Shown one piece after another: positions 1 through 8,858 of a stretch of 27,171 bases of DNA. Origin of the DNA: Pseudomonadota bacterium (GTDB taxonomy: Bacteria; Pseudomonadota; Alphaproteobacteria; CACIAM-22H2); the NCBI GenBank assembly GCA_020161965.1, contig JAIUNH010000001.1, forward strand, positions 1-27,171, given 5' to 3'. How positions within the stretch are numbered: the stretch's first letter is position 1; the number at the start of each line of letters is the position of its first letter. Both the position numbers and the translations under genes were made by a program. The notes beneath the pieces were generated by a model. The model was not told the DNA's origin, did not search any database, and worked only from the letters and a program-made list of their open reading frames with translations.

Positions 1-28
1 AACCCAATCCGCCGATCAGCTTGGCCAT
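1..28 (-). CDS. ligB: N-terminal fragment of a LigB-type extradiol dioxygenase beta subunit (runs off the left edge)
   Basis: ATG at 28 overlaps the ligA TGA (30-28) and reads MAKLIGGLG, like the N-terminus of the LigB domain at 4488 (MARIIGGLA). Only 9 codons are visible. Confidence 0.65.
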
Positions 29-366
29 CAGCGTTTCCCCAGGCGTTCGCGCAAGAACGTCGCGTGTTCGATCCCGGCTTGATGCGCGCCGATTTCGGTC
101 ATCGTCGCGGGTTGAATGGCGCCGAGCTTCAGAATGTAGAAGACGTTGCCGCCCAGGCGGACCATCTCGCGCCAATCGCGTGCCAGCACGGCGCGCTTGG
201 CGTCGTCGGGCACGCAGTAGGAATCGAGATAAGCGCCAGGATTGGCTCGGAACGCATCGCGCTTTTCGGGAATGCGCAGATCCTTGGTCGCCTTGTTGAG
301 CGCGTAGCCGCCACTCTGGCGCGCGCGGTCGAACAACGGCGTGTCGGGGATGCGGTCGGCCGTCAT
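28..366 (-). CDS. ligA: LigA-family extradiol dioxygenase alpha subunit (protocatechuate 4,5-dioxygenase-like)
   Basis: 112 aa with YALNK...R.AF.A.P.AY...RDW..MVRLGGNVFYILKL, the LigA pattern. It is paralogous to the C-terminal domain of the 4488-5780 protein and is translationally coupled to a ligB-like start. Confidence 0.8.
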   Translation of the reverse strand: MTADRIPDTPLFDRARQSGGYALNKATKDLRIPEKRDAFRANPGAYLDSYCVPDDAKRAVLARDWREMVRLGGNVFYILKLGAIQPATMTEIGAHQAGIEHATFLRERLGKR

Positions 367-1067
367 GCGAAGCCTAGAAAATCGAGCAATGCTTTATTGA
401 CCGCTTCCGGGCGCTCGAAACAAGCGAAATGCCCGGAATCTTCGATGACGCTGAGCTTCGAACCCGGAATGGCGGCGGCGAGCACTTCGTGTTGTTCCAG
501 CGTCGCCCAGCGATCCTGGCGCCCGACCATGACAAGCGTGGGGCAAGCGATCTTCGGCAACAACGGCCGCGCATCGGGGCGGCCCATCAATGCGCGGATC
601 TGGCGTTCGTGGATGTCGGGATTCATACCCAGCACCATCTCGGTCAGCGGCGCGATCAATTCGGGATCGGTCTCGCGTGCCGGGTGCAGCATCGGCGGCA
701 ACCATTTGGCGGCCAGCGCTTTCATGCCTTCCTTGTGGGCGAGGTCGATCACCGCCAAGCGGCCGGGCATTTCCTTGTCGCTGCCGGGATGCGCACCCGT
801 ATCCATCAGCACCAGGCGTTCGACGCGGCTCGGGGCGAGGCGTACGGATTCCAGCGCGGCGCGCCCGCCCATCGAGAAGCCGACGATCGTGACGGGGCCG
901 TCGAACGCGGCCAACGCGATCTCGCCCATTTGGGTGATCGACGCGGCCTTGGTGAAGTCGGCGACCTGCGTGTCGGCGAACGGCGCCAAAGCATGGGACT
1001 GCGCGGCGAAAACCCGCGCGTCGCACAACAAACCCGGCAGAAATACGATTTGCGCGCGCGGCGCCAT
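363..1067 (-). CDS. Alpha/beta-fold hydrolase
   Basis: PGLLCD oxyanion segment, GFSMGG nucleophile elbow, and probable Asp (GRQD) and His (SGHF) of the triad. 4-nt overlap with ligA. Confidence 0.9.
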   Translation of the reverse strand: MAPRAQIVFLPGLLCDARVFAAQSHALAPFADTQVADFTKAASITQMGEIALAAFDGPVTIVGFSMGGRAALESVRLAPSRVERLVLMDTGAHPGSDKEMPGRLAVIDLAHKEGMKALAAKWLPPMLHPARETDPELIAPLTEMVLGMNPDIHERQIRALMGRPDARPLLPKIACPTLVMVGRQDRWATLEQHEVLAAAIPGSKLSVIEDSGHFACFERPEAVNKALLDFLGFA

Positions 1068-1123
1068 GGCGTCGTCCCGAGATTCTGATTGGGGTTTGTC
1101 TAAGGGGCGGACGGCAATTCCGA

Positions 1124-1161
1124 AAATGGATTGAATTGCTGGTTATATGAATTTCATGCAT
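1124..1161 (-). promoter_or_regulatory. LysR operator (ATG-N9-CAT recognition site plus downstream activation site) for the leftward hydrolase-ligAB operon; probably also lysR autoregulation
   Basis: The reverse complement ATGCATGAAATTCATATAACCAGCAATTCAATCCATTT contains a T-N11-A dyad and matches 2109-2146 at 22/38 positions. A possible TTTCGG-N17-TAGACA promoter follows (1125-1097). Confidence 0.7.
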
Positions 1162-1199
1162 CATTCGCCGAATTCGGGAATTTCAGGAAGAAACACGCC

Positions 1200-2108
1200 A
1201 TGCGCATCGATTTTCTGGGCCTTCACGCCTTCGTCGCCATCGCCGAACGCGGCAGTTTCCAGAAGGCGGCGGCGCATCTGAACCTGTCGCAAACGGCGCT
1301 GAGCCATCGAATCCGCAAGATCGAGGACGATCTCGGCGTGCGGCTTCTGGCGCGCACGACGCGCGAAGTGTCGTTGACCTCGGCGGGGCTGCAATTGCTG
1401 CCGCGCGTCAAATCGATGATCGACGATTTGGGCGCGTCGCTGGAGGATTTGCGCGGGCTCGCGCGCGTACGCCAGGAGCGATTGTCGATCGCGTGTTTGC
1501 CGACGATCGCCGCGGGTTTCATGCCGCGCGTATTGCCGTTGTTCCGCCAGGCGCATCCCGAAACGATGCTGCGCATCCACGACAATGCGGCGACGGAGAT
1601 CGCGGAGCTGGTGCAAAACGGCACGGTCGAATTCGCCGTCACGCTCGTCTCGGCCCATCGCTGGGATTTCGAAATTCAAACCCTAGCGCGCGATCCGTTC
1701 GTGTTGCTCTGCCACAAAAAGGCATGGCCGGCGGAGCGCAGTGTGGCTTCGTGGGCTGATGTCGCCGAGCAGCCGCTGGTGCGCATTTCGACGCAAACCG
1801 GCAATCGCATGATGATCGACGACGCGCTGGGCAGCCGGCGCGAAAACGTCAAATGGCGCTACGAGGTGCAGCATATTGGTACTGCGATCGGCATGGTGCG
1901 CTCGGGCGTCGCGATGGCCGTGGTGCCGCGCCTGTCGCTGGATTCGACCGATATCTCGGCCTTGCGCGTGGTGGAGCTACGCAATCCCAGCGTCAACCGC
2001 CAGATCGGTATCGTCTCGAAACGCGCCACACCCTTGTCGCAACCGGCGGCCGATTTGCGCCGCTTGATCGTGCGCGAACTCTCCGGCAAACGGCGTAAAA
2101 CCGCCTAG
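1200..2108 (+). CDS. LysR-family transcriptional regulator (GalR/LigR-like by context)
   Basis: N-terminal HTH (F..IAERGSFQKAAAHLNLSQTALSHRIRKIEDDLGVRLLARTTR) followed by a substrate-binding domain. ATG at 1200 with AGGAAG upstream is preferred over the TTG at 1131. Confidence 0.95.
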   Translation: MRIDFLGLHAFVAIAERGSFQKAAAHLNLSQTALSHRIRKIEDDLGVRLLARTTREVSLTSAGLQLLPRVKSMIDDLGASLEDLRGLARVRQERLSIACLPTIAAGFMPRVLPLFRQAHPETMLRIHDNAATEIAELVQNGTVEFAVTLVSAHRWDFEIQTLARDPFVLLCHKKAWPAERSVASWADVAEQPLVRISTQTGNRMMIDDALGSRRENVKWRYEVQHIGTAIGMVRSGVAMAVVPRLSLDSTDISALRVVELRNPSVNRQIGIVSKRATPLSQPAADLRRLIVRELSGKRRKTA

Positions 2109-2146
2109 ATGCATCGGATTCATTAAACCGCGCGAAGTACGCATTT
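2109..2146 (+). promoter_or_regulatory. Second LysR operator, upstream of galB
   Basis: ATGCATCGGATTCATTAAACCGCGCGAAGTACGCATTT begins right after the lysR stop, has the ATG-N9-CAT dyad, and ends overlapping a candidate -35 (TTGCTT, 2145-2150). Confidence 0.7.
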
Positions 2147-2239
2147 GCTTCACGTCACCCCGGCTCGGATAAGTTTCGCCAACGCTTAGGGAGAAACGCC
2201 GCCCGCTTGCCGCCGACGGCGCAGCATCGGAGTCGAATC

Positions 2240-2962
2240 ATGTCCACGCAGAAATCGGGTCTCGTCGTGTCCGCCCATCCGGGCGATTTCGTCTGGCGCG
2301 CCGGCGGGGCGATCGCGCTGCACGCCAAGCGCGGCTACCGGATGAAGATCGTCTGCTTCGCCTATGGCGAGCGCGGCGAAAGCCAATGGGCGTGGAAGAA
2401 GGCGGGCGTCGATATCAAGGACGTGAAGGCGCAACGCCACGAGGAGTCCGAGCGCGCCGCGAAGCTGTTGGGCGCGGAGATCGAATTCTTCGACGCGGGC
2501 GATTATCCACTGCGCACGACCGACGCGATGCTGGATCGCTTGGTCGATATCTATCGCGAGGTGAAGCCGAGTTTCGTGCTGACCCACGCGCTCGAAGACC
2601 CCTACAATTTCGACCATCCGCACGCGGCGCATGTGGCGCAGGAAGCGCGCATCATCGCGCAGGCCGCCGGCCACAAGCCCGATCCGTCGCGCCGCTATTT
2701 GGCGCCGCCGGTGTTTCTGTTCGAGCCGCACCAGCCCGAACAATGCAACTACAAGCCCAATCTGCTGCTTAAGATCGACGAGGTTTGGGAGACGAAACGC
2801 CAGGCCTTCGAGATCCTCGCGGCGCAGAAGCATCTTTGGGAGTACTACACCCGCGTCGCACTCAATCGCGGCATGCAAGGCAGCCGCAATTCCGGCAAAC
2901 CGATGACGTATGCGGAAGCCTATCAGCGCATCTTCCCCGATGTGGTCGAGGAATTGGCCTGA
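2240..2962 (+). CDS. galB: 4-oxalomesaconate hydratase GalB (PIG-L/LmbE family)
   Basis: [16 protein letters not shown] Zn motif, [27 protein letters not shown] at 2240 has a GGAG SD, and the gene is adjacent to galC and galA homologues. Confidence 0.9.
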   Translation: MSTQKSGLVVSAHPGDFVWRAGGAIALHAKRGYRMKIVCFAYGERGESQWAWKKAGVDIKDVKAQRHEESERAAKLLGAEIEFFDAGDYPLRTTDAMLDRLVDIYREVKPSFVLTHALEDPYNFDHPHAAHVAQEARIIAQAAGHKPDPSRRYLAPPVFLFEPHQPEQCNYKPNLLLKIDEVWETKRQAFEILAAQKHLWEYYTRVALNRGMQGSRNSGKPMTYAEAYQRIFPDVVEELA

Positions 2963-3660
2963 TGAAACCCGTCGTCGTAACCGGCGTGCCGCGCGTACCC
3001 GCTGACAAGCTTGCGCGCCTCGCGACACTGGGCGTTTCGACCGCGCATGAGGCGATGGGCCGCTCGGGCTTGTTGAAGCCTTATATGCGGCCGATCAATC
3101 CGGGATCGGCCGTCGCGGGTTCGGCCGTCACCGTGTTGGCCCAGCCCGGCGACAATTGGATGATCCATGTCGCCATCGAGCAATGCGGGCCGGGCGATTT
3201 GCTGGTCGTCGGCCTCACTGCCGACAACACCGACGGCATGTTCGGCGATTTGCTGGCGACGTCGGCCAAAGCGCGCGGTGTCGTCGGCTTGGTGATCGAC
3301 GCGGGCGTGCGCGATGTGGCGACGTTGAACGAGATGGGTTTCCCGGTCTGGTCGCGCGCGATCTCGGCCAAAGGCACGGTCAAGGCGACGCTCGGCTCGG
3401 TCAATGTGCCGGTCGTGTGCGCGGGCGCGCTTGTGAAACCCGGCGACGCGATCGTCGCGGACGACGACGGCGTGCTGATCGTGCCAAAGCGCGAGATCGA
3501 CGCGACGCTGAAAGCGGGCGAGGCGCGCCTTGCCAACGAAACCGACAAGCGCGCGAAGCTCGCCTCGGGCGTGCTCGGCCTCGATCTCTATTCGATGCGC
3601 AAGCCCTTGGCGGAGGCGGGGCTCGTCTATCGCCCGTGGAATGAAAGCGAGGACAAGTGA
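2962..3660 (+). CDS. galC: 4-carboxy-4-hydroxy-2-oxoadipate aldolase GalC/LigK (RraA/HMG aldolase family)
   Basis: [57 protein letters not shown] overlaps the galB stop (TGATG). Confidence 0.92.
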   Translation: MKPVVVTGVPRVPADKLARLATLGVSTAHEAMGRSGLLKPYMRPINPGSAVAGSAVTVLAQPGDNWMIHVAIEQCGPGDLLVVGLTADNTDGMFGDLLATSAKARGVVGLVIDAGVRDVATLNEMGFPVWSRAISAKGTVKATLGSVNVPVVCAGALVKPGDAIVADDDGVLIVPKREIDATLKAGEARLANETDKRAKLASGVLGLDLYSMRKPLAEAGLVYRPWNESEDK

Positions 3661-4481
3661 GCCTGACGGTCGCCTTTATCGGCTTCGGCGAAGTCGGGCA
3701 GTTGTTCGGCAAGCAGCTTGCTGCGCAACAAGGCGTTGCCGTGCGCGCGCATGATGTGCTGTTCGACGATGCCGCGAAAGGCCCGGGCCTTAGAACCATT
3801 GCGGCCGAAACGGGTGTGGCCGTTTGCGGTTCGCATGTCGAAGCCTGCCGCGACGCGGAACTTGTGATTTCGGCGGTCACCGCCGATCGCGCGGTCGATG
3901 CCGCACGCCAATGCGCCAATGCGCTGACACCCGATCAGATTTATGTCGATCTGAACTCGATCTCGCCCACGACCAAGGGCCAAGTCGCCGATGCGTTGCA
4001 ACGCGACGCCGCGGGCTTCGTCGAATTCGCCGTCATGGCGCCGGTCGCGGGGCCGGGGATCGCGGTGCCGATCCTCGCGGGCGGTGCGAAGGCGAAGATC
4101 GTCGCGGAGATGCTCAATCCATTCGGCATGAAGATCGACGCGGTCGCCGAGAAGATCGGTGTGGCGTCGGCGACCAAACTCTGCCGTTCCATCGTCATCA
4201 AGGGCATGGAAGCGATCATGGTCGACCTCAAAGCCGCGACCGATGCGACGGGCGTGTGGCCCGCCGTGCTGGCGAGCCTCACCGCATCCTATCCCGGCAT
4301 GGATTGGGCGAAGATCATCGACTACATGCCGCCGCGCGTGAAGCGGCATGGCATTCGACGCGCGGCCGAAATGCGCGAAGCCGGCAAGATGCTGGACGAG
4401 GCGGGGGCGGATGGCGATTTCGCACGCGCCATCGCCGATGCACACGAGCGCTACGCGCGCGCGAACGCAAAGCAAGGGTAG
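3657..4481 (+). CDS. NAD(P)-dependent oxidoreductase, 6-phosphogluconate/3-hydroxyisobutyrate dehydrogenase fold with a DUF1932-like C-terminus
   Basis: GFGEVG Rossmann motif, [17 protein letters not shown] and [10 protein letters not shown]. The GTG start overlaps the galC stop. Confidence 0.85.
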   Translation: MSLTVAFIGFGEVGQLFGKQLAAQQGVAVRAHDVLFDDAAKGPGLRTIAAETGVAVCGSHVEACRDAELVISAVTADRAVDAARQCANALTPDQIYVDLNSISPTTKGQVADALQRDAAGFVEFAVMAPVAGPGIAVPILAGGAKAKIVAEMLNPFGMKIDAVAEKIGVASATKLCRSIVIKGMEAIMVDLKAATDATGVWPAVLASLTASYPGMDWAKIIDYMPPRVKRHGIRRAAEMREAGKMLDEAGADGDFARAIADAHERYARANAKQG

Positions 4482-4487
4482 GGCGTC

Positions 4488-5780
4488 ATGGCGCGGATCA
4501 TCGGTGGATTGGCGGCGTCTCATACGCCGACGATCGGCTTCGCCTACGACAAGGATAAGGCGTCCGACCCCGTCTGGGCGCCGATCTTCGAAAATTTCGC
4601 GCCGCTGAAGGCGTGGATCGAGGCAAAAAGGCCCGACGCGCTGGTCGTGATCTATAACGATCACATCACCTCGTTCTTTTTCGATCATTACTCGGCCTTC
4701 GCGCTGGGGATCGGACCCGAATGGCCGGTCGCCGACGAAGGCGGGGGGCCTCGCGATTTGCCGCCATTGCCGGGTCACCCGGAACTCGCACGTCATATCG
4801 GCGCGTCGCTGGTCGCCGACGAATTCGACATGTCCTTCTTCCAGGACAAGCCGATCGACCACGGCGTGTTCTCGCCGATGTGCATGATGATGGAGCACAG
4901 GCCGTCTTGGCCCGTGCCCATCGTGCCGCTGCAGATCGGCGTGTTGCAAGCGCCGGTTCCGTCGGGCGCACGCTGCTTCAAGCTCGGCAAGGCTTTGCGC
5001 CGCGCGATCGAATCCTATCCGGCGGATATCTCCGTCGCCGTCGTCGCGACCGGCGGTTTGTCGCATCAAGTTCATGGCGAGCGCGCGGGCTTCAACAACA
5101 CCGAATGGGATCGCCGCTTCCTCGAATTGTTCGAGCGCGACCCGGAACGCATCGCCGGCATGACCATCGCCGAACTCGCCACGTTGGGCGGGTTCGAGGG
5201 GGCGGAAGTGATCATGTGGCTGGTGATGCGCGGCGCATTGCCGGCATCGGTGCGTAAAAGCCATGAAAGCTATTATCTGCCGTCGATGGCGGGGATCGCG
5301 ACCGCGATCTACGACGTCGACGACGCGCCGCCCGACGAAGCGCAAGCCGAGCGTCAACGTGCGCATATCGCGCGCCAGTTCGACGGGATCGAGAAATTGC
5401 ACGGGACCTATCCCTTTACGCACGAGCGCAGCGTGAAGGCCTATCGCGTCAACAAGTTTCTGCATGGCCTGATCGCGCCCGAAGCGCGCAAGCGATTCCT
5501 CGCCGATCCCGAAGCCGAGTTTGCGGCGGCGCAACTATCCGACACCGAGCGCGATTTGATCCGCCGTCGCGATTGGCGCGGGATGATCCATTACGGCGTG
5601 ATCTTCTTCATGCTGGAAAAGCTCGGCGCCGTCGTCGGCGTTTCGAACTTGCATATCTACGCGGCGATGCGAGGGGTATCGCTGGAGGAATTTCAGAAAA
5701 CCCGCAACGCGCCCGGCGCACTTTATTCGGTCGCAGGCAAGGAGGGACAAGCGACAAGCTGGTCGGCGACGAAAACCTAA
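4488..5780 (+). CDS. galA: Gallate dioxygenase (fused LigB-LigA type, GalA/DesB)
   Basis: SHTPTIGFAYD, YNDH, DHG, GGLSHQVHGERAGFNN and GAEV Fe(II)-ligand motifs, plus a C-terminal LigA-like domain (YRVNKFLH...RDWRGMIHYGVIFFMLEKL). 430 aa. Confidence 0.9.
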   Translation: MARIIGGLAASHTPTIGFAYDKDKASDPVWAPIFENFAPLKAWIEAKRPDALVVIYNDHITSFFFDHYSAFALGIGPEWPVADEGGGPRDLPPLPGHPELARHIGASLVADEFDMSFFQDKPIDHGVFSPMCMMMEHRPSWPVPIVPLQIGVLQAPVPSGARCFKLGKALRRAIESYPADISVAVVATGGLSHQVHGERAGFNNTEWDRRFLELFERDPERIAGMTIAELATLGGFEGAEVIMWLVMRGALPASVRKSHESYYLPSMAGIATAIYDVDDAPPDEAQAERQRAHIARQFDGIEKLHGTYPFTHERSVKAYRVNKFLHGLIAPEARKRFLADPEAEFAAAQLSDTERDLIRRRDWRGMIHYGVIFFMLEKLGAVVGVSNLHIYAAMRGVSLEEFQKTRNAPGALYSVAGKEGQATSWSATKT

Positions 5781-5826
5781 AGTATAAAGTCGATAAAACG
5801 ACGAATAACCCCCCGGGAGGCTCGAC

Positions 5827-6279
5827 ATGGCGAATTTGAACGTCAACGGCGTGGTGCGGCAGATCGATGCGGCACCCGATACACCCTTGTTGTGGGTGCT
5901 GCGCGAACATCTGAAACTGACCGGCACCAAATACGGCTGCGGCGTCGCGGCCTGCGGTGCCTGTACCGTTCATCTCGACGGCGAACCGATCCGCGCTTGC
6001 GTGACGCCGCTGTCGCATGCCGAAGGCAAGCGCGTCACGACGATCGAAGGCTTGCCGGGCGGCGAGAATAATCGCCTGGTCCAAGCCTGGATCGCCGAAC
6101 AGGCGCCGCAATGCGGCTATTGCCAGTCCGGTCAGATCATGCAGGCCGCCGGCTTGCTGGCGAAAACGCCCAAGCCCTCGCGCGAGCAGATCGTCGAGCA
6201 TATGGACGGCAATATCTGCCGTTGCGGCAGCTATGCCCAGATCGTCGCGGCCGTCGAACGCGCCGCGAGCGGGAGGTAA
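5827..6279 (+). CDS. iorA: (2Fe-2S)-binding small subunit, isoquinoline 1-oxidoreductase alpha/CoxS family
   Basis: [20 protein letters not shown] and CRCG cluster motifs; GGAGG SD. Confidence 0.9.
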   Translation: MANLNVNGVVRQIDAAPDTPLLWVLREHLKLTGTKYGCGVAACGACTVHLDGEPIRACVTPLSHAEGKRVTTIEGLPGGENNRLVQAWIAEQAPQCGYCQSGQIMQAAGLLAKTPKPSREQIVEHMDGNICRCGSYAQIVAAVERAASGR

Positions 6280-6284
6280 GCGCC

Positions 6285-8480
6285 ATGACCAAGAACGCAG
6301 CTCAAGCCACCGGCATCGGCCGGCGCGGCTTTTTGAAGGCTTCGGCGGGCCTCGCTTTCGCCTTCACGCTGGTCGAAGCGGGCGATGCGGCCGCGCAAGG
6401 TACGCCTTCGCGCCTCAACGCCTATATCGCGATCGGCACCGACGGCACGATCCGCATCGCCGCACCGGCACCCGAGATGGGGCAGGCGACCAATACGGCG
6501 CTGCCGCTGATCATCGCCGAAGAGCTCGATGCCGATTGGGCGAAGGTCGTGGTGGAGACCGCCCCCGTCGCCGCCGCCTATGACCATCCGATCTTCCGCG
6601 CGCAATTCGTCGTCGGCAGTTTGACGACGCGCGGCTATTGGATGGCGATCCGCACGGCGGGCGCGCAAGCGCGTCGCGTGCTGATCGATGCCGCCGCCCA
6701 GCGTTGGAACGTGCCCGCGAGCGAGCTATCGACCGAGCCGAGTGCTGTCGTCCACAAGGCGAGCAATCGTCGTTTGAGCTATGGCGAGATCGCATCCTTC
6801 GCGCAAGTTCCGGCGCAATTGCCGGAAATCCAGCCGGATATGCTCAAGAAGCCTGCCGACTTCCGGTTGATCGGGCGCGACGTGCGTCGCTGGGACGTGC
6901 CAGCCAAAGCGACCGGCAAAGCGGTCTATGCGATCGACGTGCAAGTGCCCGGCATGCTCTACGCCACGCTGGCGCGCTCGCCGGTGATGGGATCGACACC
7001 GCAAGGACATAACGGCGCCGAGCTTCTGCGCCGTCCCGGCATCGTCGCAATCGTGCCGCTCGCCCAGGGTGTCGCGGTCGTCGGCGACAAGATCGAAACC
7101 GTTCTGGCCGCACGCGCCGATCTGAAGGTCGATTGGTCGCCCGCACCGGGATCGAATTTCGATTCAGAGCGCGGGCGTGAGATGTATCTCGCCCATGTGC
7201 GCGATCCGTCCGGGCAGAAGGTCGTCGTCGGCCGCCGCACGGGCGATGCCAATGCGGCCCTGCAAGGGGCAGCGCGCGTGGTGTCGGGCGAGTTCACGAC
7301 CGACTATGTCTATCACGCGCAGATGGAGCCGCTGACTTGCGTGGCCTCCGTCACCGCCGACGGCGTGGAAGTATGGACCGGCACGCAATGGGCGTCGCGT
7401 GCGCGCGACGATGCGGCCAAGGCCGCGGGCGTGGCGCCCGAGAAGGTCAAGGTCAACATGATGCAGATGGGTGGCGGTTTCGGCCGACGCGCCCAGATCG
7501 AGTACGTCGTCGAAGCGGTCGAAGTGTCGAAGGCGGTCGGCAAGCCGGTCAAGCTGATGTCGACCCGCGAAGACGACGTTGCCAACGCGCATTGCCGGCC
7601 GATGACCGCGCATAAGATCGATATCGGTCTGGATGCCGGCGGCAAAATCGCGGGCTGGCGCCATCGCATCGCGGCCGATCTGGTGGTGACGCAAGTCTAC
7701 GGCCAGCCGCGCCTCGACGCGCAGAACGGTGTGGATCATATCGTCATGGCGCATGCCGACGTGCCGCTTTACGACGTCGCGTCGCATCTGGCCGAACATG
7801 TCTATGAAGCGCCGGGCGTGCGCTCGGCGGCGTGGCGCGGCATCGGGGCGGGGCCCAATGCCTTCGCCATCGAAGCGATGATCGACGAGTTGGCCGCACT
7901 CGCGGGCGAGGATCCCGTCGCCTATCGCATGAAGCTGCTGAAGGACCGCCGTGCGCGCACGGCGGTCGAAGTGGCGGCCGATATGGCGGGCTGGCCCAAA
8001 GCGCCGCGCAATGATGTCGGCTACGGCATCGCGTTGTCACGGTTGGGCGTGCCGCAATTGGGCGAGGCCATCGCGGTGACGATCGTCGAAGCGGCGCTGG
8101 ACCGTGCGCGCGGCAATATCGCCGTGCGCAATGTTTGGTGCGCCGCCGATGTCGGCTTGCCGGTCCAGCCGCGCAATATCCGCCAACAGGTCGAAGGCTC
8201 GCTCGTTTGGGGCTTGTCGGCCGCGTTGTCGGAACGCATCACGTTCAAGAATGGTGCTGTCCAGCAGCAGAACCTGTCGGATTACGAAGTGCTGCGCGTG
8301 TCGCGCTTGCCCAAGATAGAGATCAACATCATCCGCAGCGGCGAAATTCCGCTGCCCGTGGGTGAGCTCGGGCTTGGCACGATCGCGCCCGCGATCTCGA
8401 ACGCGGTGCGCGCACTGACCGGCAAGCGGCTCGCCGGGTTGCCATTCACGCCCGAACGGGTGCGCGCGACGCTCGCTTAG
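6285..8480 (+). CDS. iorB: Molybdopterin-binding subunit, IorB/aldehyde oxidoreductase (xanthine oxidase family), with a Tat signal
   Basis: GRRGFLK twin-arginine motif, EMGQ..T.LP.IIAEELDA.W, K..G.A.YAID, HAQMEP, GGGFGRR, WRGIG, GELG...IAPAISNAV. ATG at 6285 follows GGAGG. Confidence 0.9.
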   Translation: MTKNAAQATGIGRRGFLKASAGLAFAFTLVEAGDAAAQGTPSRLNAYIAIGTDGTIRIAAPAPEMGQATNTALPLIIAEELDADWAKVVVETAPVAAAYDHPIFRAQFVVGSLTTRGYWMAIRTAGAQARRVLIDAAAQRWNVPASELSTEPSAVVHKASNRRLSYGEIASFAQVPAQLPEIQPDMLKKPADFRLIGRDVRRWDVPAKATGKAVYAIDVQVPGMLYATLARSPVMGSTPQGHNGAELLRRPGIVAIVPLAQGVAVVGDKIETVLAARADLKVDWSPAPGSNFDSERGREMYLAHVRDPSGQKVVVGRRTGDANAALQGAARVVSGEFTTDYVYHAQMEPLTCVASVTADGVEVWTGTQWASRARDDAAKAAGVAPEKVKVNMMQMGGGFGRRAQIEYVVEAVEVSKAVGKPVKLMSTREDDVANAHCRPMTAHKIDIGLDAGGKIAGWRHRIAADLVVTQVYGQPRLDAQNGVDHIVMAHADVPLYDVASHLAEHVYEAPGVRSAAWRGIGAGPNAFAIEAMIDELAALAGEDPVAYRMKLLKDRRARTAVEVAADMAGWPKAPRNDVGYGIALSRLGVPQLGEAIAVTIVEAALDRARGNIAVRNVWCAADVGLPVQPRNIRQQVEGSLVWGLSAALSERITFKNGAVQQQNLSDYEVLRVSRLPKIEINIIRSGEIPLPVGELGLGTIAPAISNAVRALTGKRLAGLPFTPERVRATLA

Positions 8481-8499
8481 GGCGGGCGCTTAGGGCGGG
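8474..8499. repeat. Perfect 13-bp tandem duplication CGCTTAGGGCGGG x2
   Basis: Read directly at 8474-8486 and 8487-8499. Confidence 0.95.
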
Positions 8500-8858
8500 T
8501 TGCCGACCACGATCTGGATGCGATCGCAATCGCCGCGCGACGGTGTATTGCGATCGCTCGTCCGGACGGGTTCCAGCAGCATGGCGACGAGCTCGGACGT
8601 GCCGAGACCCGGATTGCGGTCGCGCACGTCGCGCAGCCGCTTTTCCACGAATTTGCCGATCGCGCGTTCGGGCACGCCGCAATCGCGCGCCTTGGCGGCG
8701 AAGGTGCCGATTTCGCGCACTTCGACATTCACGTCGCGAACGGGCTGGCGCAGCCAGATGGCGCCCAGGAAGACCGCGACGAAAAGCACGAGCCCCGCGA
8801 CGGTCGCCGCTTCCCGGGTTTTCAGATCGCGCAGGAACATGGGGGTCACCGTCGCCAT
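8490..8858 (-). CDS. Hypothetical protein with one N-terminal transmembrane helix
   Basis: Hydrophobic stretch AATVAGLVLFVAVFLGAIWL followed by a soluble domain with two Cys. It is coupled to the ycbK-like stop. Start is ATG 8858 or ATG 8840. Confidence 0.6.
   Translation of the reverse strand: MATVTPMFLRDLKTREAATVAGLVLFVAVFLGAIWLRQPVRDVNVEVREIGTFAAKARDCGVPERAIGKFVEKRLRDVRDRNPGLGTSELVAMLLEPVRTSDRNTPSRGDCDRIQIVVGNPP

Noticed and set aside
1104-1113. GGGGCGGACG also matches 9495-9504
   Set aside because: A 10-nt GC-rich match in unrelated promoters is expected by chance.
3627-5534. 635-aa minus-strand ORF
   Set aside because: It is the antisense shadow of the oxidoreductase and galA. It has no motifs and is Arg/Ala-rich, as expected from the scarcity of stops at high GC.
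8477-8495. TTAGGG telomere-like hexamers
   Set aside because: Only two copies, explained by stop codons within the 13-bp duplication.
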